A DNA stretch of 64,000 nucleotides from Pelomyxa schiedti (taxonomy: Eukaryota; Protista; Evosea). Shown here piece after piece: positions 1-9,619 of the stretch (positions within the stretch are counted from its first letter, which is position 1; every line of letters starts with the position of its first letter). A program made the translations under genes and the position numbers. Where the stretch lies: positions 186,001 through 250,000 of the forward strand of contig JAHLWZ010000791.1 of NCBI GenBank assembly GCA_020536535.1. Reading direction: 5' to 3'. The notes beneath the pieces were generated by a model. That model did no database searches and was not told the origin of the DNA. It saw only the letters and a list, made by a program, of their open reading frames with translations.

Positions 1-269
1 ACGCAGATGTGCTCCAGAAGTTGAGAGAAAGCCGGAACGGCCTCTTCCTCAAAGAACCCTTACAAACTGTAGGGTGTATTTTGTGTTACACTAAAAAATG
101 TATTTTTTTTTTCCTCCAATCTTGCGAACTGAAAGACAGTTATTCCAAACAGAGATACAACGGGCCATACAAAAAAATCGTTTTGGTCACCCCCTGGTGG
201 AGGAGATCTTCTTCTCCAAAAAATGAAGAAAATACTACAGTGAGGGTGCGAAGTAAAACGGAGTTCTGT

Positions 270-1460
270 TCATTGGAGCAAGGTATGAGCTTTGACGCAA
301 TTCAGGCTGGTGGAACTGTTGGTCCCCAGTGTCAAAATGTACACGCCAGAAGCGGGGTCAACTAAGTGAATTTTGAGGTCTTCCTCCACAACTATAAAGT
401 CTCCACATTCCTTCAGTTTGACTTCTTCACTCCAAGTGCTGGGTGGGAGCGTGATCACAGTTGGCTCGCTTCCACTTGTGATGGTTGTAAAGTCCCACGA
501 CTCACACTTGCCAATCAGTTCTTTCCTCTGTGTGATAAAGAAGTTCTCCATACCAAGCCAATTCGTGGGGTATTTGCACAGAAGCCTCGCTTCACCATTT
601 TCCATGAGCTCGTATGCAATGTAGTCCTTTATCACAACAACTCGTTTGGAAGCCCAGAAGCAGTACCATGAATCCAGGCCATTGTCCAAAAACTGCTTAG
701 GAAGCCGTCTAACCACAGTATCCACAGGCACCATCTCGCCTGTCTCAAACGCCCTCTCAATGTCCACCAAGTGGAACGCACACCACCCCGTCCCATACCA
801 GCTGATATTAAACAGTCCATCACCAACCCACCTCGCGAAGCCAAAGCGCTCCGGCGCAGGCACAACCCCCTCGCCCCATTTCCCCCACCCAACAGGCCTG
901 AGCCCCCTGCCCTCCGCCAAGGGCTTCAGAACCTCGAACTCGCCATCTCCGCAGTCGCAAGTCACAACGTGTTCCGCCTTCCACGCTATCCAGTTTATGG
1001 GATCCAGGACCCACTTGCCCTGCGCCACGAGGCACCACCCGAGGTTCTTGGTTGTTCCGAGAAGCACGCACTTCTCGCCGGTTTCCACGTTCGCCACTGT
1101 GGAAGTGCCGGCGATATTATCGGCAGAATTCGACGGCAGCTCGAGGCAGTGGCTGGTGTCCATCCACGTGACTGACGGCCTGTAGTCTGTCTCGATGGGC
1201 CACTCCATGAGCCACGGGGTGGCGCCCAGAGTGTGGAGAGACAGACCCACAAGTACGGAGGTGCCGAACCCGCTGCTGTATATCACCGCCGCGCCGCGGG
1301 ACCACCGTTCGGCAAGCTCGATGAACAGTGGGACATTATGGGACGTGAGCGCCGAGGCGGGGCTGTTGCGGCCGCACCTGGGGTGCGACGACATCATTAG
1401 TGCTACGATCTGGTCCCTGAAAGTCACTCGTGGGTCCACAACCCACTCCACACGTTGCAT
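270..1460 (-). CDS. Intronless lineage-specific hypothetical protein (396 aa) with N-terminal 'DQIVALMMSSHPRCGRNSPA' motif
   Basis: Uninterrupted 396-codon ATG-initiated ORF. The N-terminal HPRCGxxSPA motif resembles an expanded family I recall from Pelomyxa. The rest is Trp/Gly/aromatic-rich, possibly beta-propeller-like. Confidence 0.8.
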   Translation of the reverse strand: MQRVEWVVDPRVTFRDQIVALMMSSHPRCGRNSPASALTSHNVPLFIELAERWSRGAAVIYSSGFGTSVLVGLSLHTLGATPWLMEWPIETDYRPSVTWMDTSHCLELPSNSADNIAGTSTVANVETGEKCVLLGTTKNLGWCLVAQGKWVLDPINWIAWKAEHVVTCDCGDGEFEVLKPLAEGRGLRPVGWGKWGEGVVPAPERFGFARWVGDGLFNISWYGTGWCAFHLVDIERAFETGEMVPVDTVVRRLPKQFLDNGLDSWYCFWASKRVVVIKDYIAYELMENGEARLLCKYPTNWLGMENFFITQRKELIGKCESWDFTTITSGSEPTVITLPPSTWSEEVKLKECGDFIVVEEDLKIHLVDPASGVYILTLGTNSSTSLNCVKAHTLLQ

Positions 1461-1585
1461 CTTCTTCTTTCTTACTTCTTTCCGAGGACCCAGATGTTCT
1501 CAGAAAGGGTCCCAGCAACCACAGGGATTCTCCAATGGGCTATATCGCGCAACTAGATTTGCCCAACGCTGAGCTTGACCCATTG

Positions 1586-1704
1586 AGCCAATTGGCTGGC
1601 GACAATTGGCTGATTAAAAAAAACACCAGACCGCCGATCCTGAGCCACGATAACGAAAAGTACAGCGTTCCGGTCTGTTGATTATTTTATTCAGCCAATT
1701 GGCT
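1586..1704. promoter_or_regulatory. Palindromic CCAAT-box elements (AGCCAATTGGCT x2 plus CAATTGGCTG) in a divergent promoter
   Basis: Perfect 12-bp palindrome at 1586-1597 and 1693-1704, with a partial copy at 1603-1612, between divergent start codons at 1460 (-) and ~1864 (+). Confidence 0.55.
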
Positions 1705-1863
1705 CTGCGCTGCCCATTTGAAGCAGGTGGAGTCTGGTGATCAACCGAGCCTTCCAAAAAAAAGGCGATTGCCAATCTCCACTTTCAAAGGACAAAAGCT
1801 GGTTACAAACACAACAAGATGGGTGAGTTTTTCGTGCGCGATGGGAAACCCATAAGAGTAGTG

Positions 1864-4592
1864 ATGGCTTCGCACAACCGGACGGTTTGTTTTTTTCAAC
1901 TTTTTTTTTTGTTGTTTTTTCATGGCACCTTACTCCCTGCTTTGTTTTTTTTTTTTCCCCCCCGACAACCTAGGAATTCGATTTAACAAAGCAAGTTTTG
2001 TCATTGGAAATTCCTGTTGATAAAAGCTATGGAGAAGAGGGAGAGGCTCCTCTGATGTCCAAACCTGGAACCTTTGGTGCCTTCACAACTGCAGGAGTTA
2101 TAGCAAATAAAGCCAAACAGTTTGATGATGGCCTGTATGCTGCTGGTAGCCTATCTTTTTCTATTAGTACCTTCTTATTTCTCACACATGCACAGTGGAA
2201 CTGTTGGCTCAAAATGGGACAAGCTCTACGCCAGGGAAAAGGTGGTTCTTATCTCGCTTGCACGAGGCTCTTGTAGCCAAAGGTACTGCCTTCTTGTAAC
2301 ATAAAAGGCCCTATTAACAGTGTCTCATAATTTAGGGCAAGGCAGTCCTGTCGTTGTTGCTGCTGCTGACCTCGGGGGTAATGCTGTTGTGTCTGACTCA
2401 GCACTGCTTGCTCAGGCCCAGAGCATTAAGGTTGTGTTGCAGTACCTAATAACAGAAAGGGTAACAAGCTATAGTCTGAATTCCTTGGTAATGCGCTACG
2501 ATCAAAGCCTATTGCGTTTTACACCTGGAACCCTACCTTGACTGGAATCTTCCAGCAAGACCGTATGATGCAAACTGAGCTAGAACCTCCAGATGCCATG
2601 CCAATAAAGAACACAATAGCAGGGGATCCAATGGTAAATTCCTTTCATTGCTGCAAAGTGGAAGCTCACTCTTTGAAGTTAGCCCAATTTTATAAGGCAT
2701 ACCTCACTCTGATATCTAAACTTACCAATCCCTTGGCCAAGCCCAGCTTACTAGTAAATATTTCATCAATTGCCTACCACCTCACATATTGGCAAGGACA
2801 ATAACCAACTGACTTACTGTATTTTTCCTCCTTCAATTGCTCCTGAAACGGAACTTGCCAAGAAGATGTTCTCTGGCTCCCCCATTCCTCCTGGATTTCA
2901 ACTGATGAACGAATTAATTTCCCGCGTTCAGGGCAGACGATTGTCACTGGCACCAAGTCCTAACTCTGGATGGTATTACCACAACTTGTGTCACCCACCC
3001 CTTATTTACAACAGGTATGATTACTGCTTATGGGCTATTGAATGCCTACTGAGGCCTGAAGAACAACCGGAAGCAGCAAAGCTCAATATGTCCAGGGAAT
3101 ACAAACAAGAACTTGTGAGTCTTTTCAAGGCCTTAATGGCACTCACCCGGGAGACTCATATCAAACAAGTGAGACACTTCAACTATTTCTCCTTTTGACC
3201 TGAATATTTCAGCTGGAAATACCACTTCTTGGGTGTTGCATGCCCCGCAACGTTGTTGTTTCTCCCAAGCTTACTGTGGAACCTCTTGTAACATTTTACT
3301 CTCGGCGTTCGGAATCGTACAAGATCGTGAAGCAAATTTTACTGGAGCGGTTCACTGGTATGAATTGTTCTCTTATTTTGGACTCATAGTAACAGAGGCG
3401 GATCTTCAGTCTGCACGAAGGCTTCGTGCTAATGGAGAATCTCAAATGTCCTTGTTACAAGAAATTGACTTCATGATCAACCTCTTTGCTGGTTTATCAC
3501 AGGCAAACAAATTTCTTCACCCATTTGTGAATAACATACTGAAGGTCGCCGCAAATGAAATTGGACTGATAGGACACTCTACATCTTCTGCATCTGCATC
3601 TCCATCTCCCCATCGAAATGCCAACATATGTGACAAAGGGCACACTCTGGTCCCGTGTACAATGGAAACCCTCAGAGCCGAAAATCCTGCTTATGTAAAA
3701 TACCGATGTGACCGATGTAACAAAGAAAAAACGAATGAGCCAGTGATGCACTGCAGGGCCTGTCAATATGATAGTATGCTCACTTCCCTAAACATGTATT
3801 AAGTTGGCAACCTCAATTTAGTTTGCCCTCTCTGTACTGAGAAATGCCCTACTGGTCACCCTCTTTTGCATGTTCCCAAGGTGTCACGTTCCACCATAAG
3901 GCCTGGTCACGCAGATGGGTACTTTTTCACTACTTATGGTAAATCTAATGGATTGTCTAGATTTAAATGTAACTGCTGTGGGCACCAAAAGACTGATGAT
4001 TGGAACTTCCATTGCCACATTTGTGATTACGATTTGTGTTTGGATTGTACCAGGCCAGTAACAACTGCCAGCAGTGCAAGCAGTGGGATCCCTTCGAGCT
4101 CCATAGAAGTGGCGCGTACCTGGCTCGCAAGTATCTCTTCAGATACCGATTTGCAGGTACTGCAGCTTTATTTATAATTTTTTTGTGACAACACAGGTTG
4201 ATAATAGAATGATGGTGCCAGTGTTTTTCGACCTTGCTCGCAGGAAGATAAAAGTCTGGTAGGTCGGGAATGGGCAAAAGAAAAAAACTAATCAAACAAC
4301 CTTACTAACCACTGTCAGGTGTGTTTTGGGTTATGCAACCAAGACACTCAAAATCAGCTTTTCAACCCCACCACGACCACTTAGTAGCGGTGTCAACTGT
4401 GAATGGAAATCGACCAATGAAACCTACACATACCCTGTTTTTGCAGGCTAGTTCTAGTAATCCATACACGTTCAATTGACTTTGCACACAGAGGTGTATT
4501 GCAGCCGTATATTGAACCGCGACGAGTTCCGCGCTCTTTGTGACATCCAGAGGACATTTTCCCGCATCGTGCATGCCGTGGAGGCTCTGTGA
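1864..4592 (+). CDS. Multi-exon protein: bacterial-type orphan domain (distantly DUF3160-like) with two inserted ZZ/C1-like zinc-binding modules
   Basis: Spliced exons give KAKQFDDGLYAAVE, PPGFQLMNELISRV, SGWYY..LWAIECLL, LTRETHIKQLEIP, LTVEPLVTFYSRRSESY, RMMVPVFFDLARRKIKVW and YPVFAEVYCSRILNRDEFRALCD. Cys modules are CDKGH..CDRC..HCRACQYD and CPTGH..CNCC..HCHICDYDLCLDC. The start MASHNRT|EFD (intron 1885-1973) is inferred. Confidence 0.8.
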
Positions 4593-5047
4593 GCGAATTC
4601 CCTACAGATGCACCCGTGTTCACCCAAATCAGAAACTTTCAATTTGGAACCAATTTTTTGTTTTTTTTTTTTTTTGGATCCAACAGTTGATGTTCCGCAA
4701 GTGGGACATCCACGAAGCGAGGTCGGCCGAGCCTCTCTATCATGCCTTGTTCAAACGTTTTCAACCCTGTTTCCGATCTCAAATCGAAATTTTCTCATTT
4801 GAGTGAACACGGGTGTATGAGTTCTTTCTCCTCTGGCGTTCCAGCACTCTTTGTAAACTCCCGTTTATGGAATGGAATCTGCGCGGCGTTTGTTGAACCC
4901 GGGTTCTTTTTTTCCATCGATACCAAAGAAAGAAAAAACGATCTTTCACTAAACGATGAACAAAAAAAAAAGAAAAAGAAAAAAAAACCCAAAAACAACC
5001 GCCGCGATTCGCGGGTGCAAGGGGAGTTACACCAACGCGGGACAGCT

Positions 5048-8000
5048 ATGGATCTGCGTTGTTTGCTTATTGTATTTTTTGGCATTTTCGAGATCTATGG
5101 CATGCCACCGCGGCCGGGATGTAAGGAGTGCGTGTTACCAGATCATTACGGCACAACAAATGAGATCCATGGTGGGCCAGTTTGTCCTGCTTAAAGTCAC
5201 TCTAAATCTCTCTCTCTTTTTTTTGTACGCAGACGGATTCGTAAGGGACGCTGGGATGCCGCAAGCACTGAACGATGTTTCCCCAAAGGTCCTTTGGTTT
5301 TTTTGCCAAAAGAGAAAAAACTCCCTAGCATTTCCACACTAAAAAAAGTAGGTTCTGGACGCATCAAATAAACGAACCACTGGTGCCCTCATGAACCCTG
5401 TACTCATTTCTGGAGTCAAGAGATTCCCTGCTGTTGCAATGTATTTTCCTAACCAATATTACACCTTCCCCACGAACCAGTTCGACACTTTACTATTCGC
5501 TGTCGGGCGAACCCCTCCCAGTGTGCACGACTACTACAGCGAGGTTTCCTATGGTGCTGTGGATATTCAGGGGGCCACCTATGGATGGTACAGTACTGTA
5601 AACAATAAGGCTTTCTACGCAGCCTATCCAAGGCAGTTTGCCTATGAAGCCGCATTGACTTTTTGTGGTAAAGGCTATGACCTTTCCCAGTATGATAACG
5701 ACGGCGACGGTGCCATTGACGTACTCATTCTTCTGCACTCTGGGCAGGGTCATGAGACATCAGGTAATTCGGCGGATATACACTCTCATTCATGGCAATT
5801 TTCTCCTCCTTTTCAGTGTGGCAGGTATTTTCCATGTATTAAAAGTACCTCTATGAGCCTCACTCATTTACAGTTATGTGTTTTATAACTATGTGGTCCA
5901 GCCAGAGATGGCAGCGGATAGCTCACTTAACGGTATAGGTGTTTTTGCACACGAACTTGGTCACGCCTTTGGACTTCCAGACTTATATGATACTGGGAAA
6001 TCTCAGCCTGGTGAAGGGATTGGGATTTGGTCTCTTATGGGCACTGGTTCGTGGGGAAGTAACGGGGTCGACTACAATTACCCTTCCCATCTCGACTGCC
6101 TGTCCAAGGCAGCTTTAGGTTGGCTGACGCCGACCGATGTCACTTTAGATAGCGCCGTTTCTATTCTCGACATAGAAGAAAACAAAGAGCAGTCATGTTT
6201 CCGATTTCGTCCTGCAATCAACCCCCCTTCATCAGGTGAATACTACCTTGTCGAAAACAGGCAGGCTGTTAGTAGTTCGACAGACAAACTGCTTGCACAG
6301 ACAGGCCTACTTATTTATCACATCGACCCGAGTGTCATTGCCGCAGAATCAAAAACGAATACCATCAACTGTAATACACATGCGTTTGGGGTTGCCGTAG
6401 AGCAATCTGGAGCGTCTTATGACGTGTACAGCAGAATGCCGCTTTTCACGTACAACCCGAAGGGAATGCCAACGATCGACGACACCTGGCACACAGGTTC
6501 ACAAACCGATTTCAACGCTGCGAGTGTGCCGTCCCCAAAAGCCAACGACGGAACTGCGATGGGCGTCTCTGTTACTGGTATCTCGGGTTCTGGTTTAACG
6601 ATGCAAGCTACTATTTCCGTTGGAGCTCCTTCCATTTCCTCTGATCAGTACGAACCAGACGACCATCCAGATTATTCAGCAATTTGCACTGTTAACTCTT
6701 GTGATTGGCTTCACACCATTTATCCAGCTGGGGACATAGACTTTACTATATTCGATGCTTCTGACGGTATTACCTACACCATTGAGACGTATCGCTACAC
6801 GAGCGACATTGACACCGTTCTTGTCTTATCAAACGGGACATCTACACTGGCTTCCAATGATGATGACTCGACAACAAACGTATTCTCCAAGATAGTGTAC
6901 CGTTCCACAGCCACCGGATCTATATACATTTCCTCCTCTGCGAAGAGTTCTAGTGCTACAGGATATTATTATCTGAAAGTTACTGCTGAAGGAAGTTGCT
7001 CCCCTGCTTGTGTTCATGGCACTTGTTCATACCCATCTTGTGTGTGTGAATCTGGATGGACTGGCTCAACATGTAATACGGCTGTGTGCAGTGTGTCATG
7101 TGGTGACCATGGAACCTGCTCTAGCCCTAATACTTGCACTTGCGACGTTGATTGGGTCACCTCGACTAGGTGTAATTGTTTTGTAGATCCTTACGAGTCA
7201 GATGATAACTCTCTCAATGCAAATCTCATAACCGTTAACACACCACAAGACCATTGGGCGTGCCCTGTTGGAGATGAAGATTGGGTATATTTCTCTGCAA
7301 CTAAAGGCACAGACTATAGAATAGAGACTTACGGGGATGTAAATTTGGACACAGTGATCTATCTGTTCAATTCAACAACTCAGCTGGAAATTAATGATGA
7401 CTATTATTATTCTTACTCCTTCTCTGCAATTTCCTGGACTTGTCCTGCTACAGGAACCTACTGGGTTGCCGTCACTACCTACAAAGAAATGTACACTGGG
7501 GCGTATGGTCTCTCCATTGTTGACCATGATTGTTCTCCTGCTTGTGCTCATGGTATTTGTATTGCTGGAACGGATTGCTTGTGCTCTGCTGGATGGAAGA
7601 GCTCTGATTGTTCCGTATTTTACTGCACTAGCTGTCCTGATAATTCAGCTTGTGTTGGACCCGAAAACTGCACATGCAATTCTGGATGGCATGGGGCCAG
7701 CTGTGATTGCCAGTACGACGCATACGAGGGATTGGGATATGCTCCTTGGCTGGTTCTTAGCGAGACTCTGTCATTAACAATTTGTCCTGAGAATGAATAT
7801 GATGCCTTTGCTATTCACTTGGAGCCCGGCATAAATTATATTGTGGAAACAGTCCAAGTGGGAACAGTTGAGGTAGACACAGTTCTGTACCTTACTAATG
7901 GCACATTTGCTGTCTACACTTACAATGACGATAAGCCTGATTCAACTTTATCTCGCTTGGTACTCTCTGTAGCAGTGGCTTTGGACGCCTTCATAGTGAT

Positions 8001-9318
8001 TACGCCGTATTCTAAAGTTATTACAGGATCATATGGGTTGTATTTTACAACAGACACATGCTCTGGCTCCTGTGTCCATGGTACCTGCTCCTCAGGATCT
8101 TGTGTTTGCTACGGGTACTGGGAAGGACCAACTTGTGACACCCCCAAATGTGACCCACTGTGTGAAGCAAGCTCTACATGCATCGAGGGGAACGAATGTG
8201 TGTGCAAGGCCGGTTACGAAGGAACTGACTGTTCGACTCCCATTTGTGAGCCCCCATGCAACTCCGACAACTCTCTATCGTGTAGTGACCCTAATATCTG
8301 CAGTTGTATATCCGCCGAGTGGACGGGACCAACGTGCGACACCCGCCTGTGTGACCCGGCATGTACTGGCACTGCTGTATGCCATGATGATGGAACCTGT
8401 GGCTGCATGGCAGGACACACTGGCCCAAATTGTTGTGCGCTGGACCCGTGGGAGCCAGATGAATCCCGGTCATCTGCATTTTCGCTCCCCGTTTCCTCTC
8501 CACGTAGAAGGACTTTGTGCCCCTCCTCCGACTGGGACTGGATGTCATTTTCGGCTATCGGTGGGGAGTCGTACACTATCATTGTCAACCGTTCTGCCGT
8601 GGGTGTTGCTGGTCCTCCTGCCGTCCTGGTTCTCCAAGACTCTACTGGGACTCAATTAGCCACAAATAGCTATGCCGATCAACCTTGCCTGGAGTACTCA
8701 CCTGTATCTGCAACCACACTTTATGCTGGCGTGCATTCCCAGGGCTTTTTGTTGGAAGGAGACTATGTCATCCAAATTACCACAGCCTTTTCGTGCCCCA
8801 GTTACTCTGAATCAGTAAGCATCTCCGAAAGCTCAAGTTCCACAAGCTCACGTTCCGAAAGCTCCAGCTCAAGTTCCGAAAGCTTCAGCTCAAGTTCTGA
8901 AAGCTCACATTCTTCAAGCTTCAGCTCAAGTTCCGAAAGCTCACGCTCCGAAAGCTCACATTCCGAAAGCCTCAGCTCAAGTGACAGCATCAGCATCAGC
9001 ACCAGTACAAGTGCAACTACTAGCACCAGTGAAACGACGAGTACCAGTACAAGTGCTGGGGGCGCAAGCGAAAGTACGGGCACAAGCACAAGCAACAGTG
9101 GCACAAGTGAAAGTACAGACACAAGCACAAGCACAAGCACAACCACGACCAGTGAGAGCCAGAGTACAGAGAGTGGCACCAGTGCATCCACAAGTACAAC
9201 CACATCCAATAGTGAGAAGGACAGTGGTAGCACAGGTACCAGCATTAGCATTAGCACTAGCAATAGTGACACCCACAGCACGAGCACAAGCACCATCCAT
9301 AGCACAAGTAGGAGTACC

Positions 9319-9378
<60 letters not shown>

Positions 9379-9552
9379 AGCGAAAGCGAAAGCGAAAGCG
9401 AAAGCGAAAGCGAAAGTGAGAGTGAGAGTGAACGTGAAAGCTCAGAGGAAGAGTCCCAGCCCCAATCATTCAGTCTTAGCACCGGTTCTTTTACCCCTGC
9501 CAGTCTCTTGCTCCCAGTCTACCTCCTTATCCTACTCCCTGCCCTCTTCTAG
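5048..9552 (+). CDS. Secreted, probably GPI-anchored M6 family (immune inhibitor A-like) zinc metalloprotease with PPC-like and EGF-like repeats and a Ser/Thr/Glu-rich stalk
   Basis: Signal peptide MDLRCLLIVFFGIFEIYG; DYYSEVSYG; YDNDGDGAID; HELGHAFGLPDLY zinc motif; WSLMGTGSW Met-turn; YYLVENRQ; four D-x-[YW]-E-initiated PPC-like modules alternating with EGF-like Cys repeats; hydrophobic C-terminus LLLPVYLLILLPALF. Confidence 0.9.
9319..9432 (+). repeat. Coding hexamer tandem repeat AG(T/C)GA(A/G) encoding about (Ser-Glu)19
   Basis: Directly visible AGTGAA/AGTGAG/AGCGAA array within the stalk of the M6 protease gene. Confidence 0.9.
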
Positions 9553-9619
9553 ACATCCACACCTTACCTCCCTCGCCACAGAGTTTTTAGTTCAAAAAAC
9601 CCGATTTTTTTTAAAATTA

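Noticed and set aside
8802-9619. Long overlapping ORFs (8981-12409 extension with VK/VR/AK repeats; antisense 8802-9482 poly-SL and 8977-9300)
   Set aside because: Stop-free alternative frames produced by the Ser/Thr/(SE)n repeat; the real ankyrin gene most likely starts at ATG 9620.
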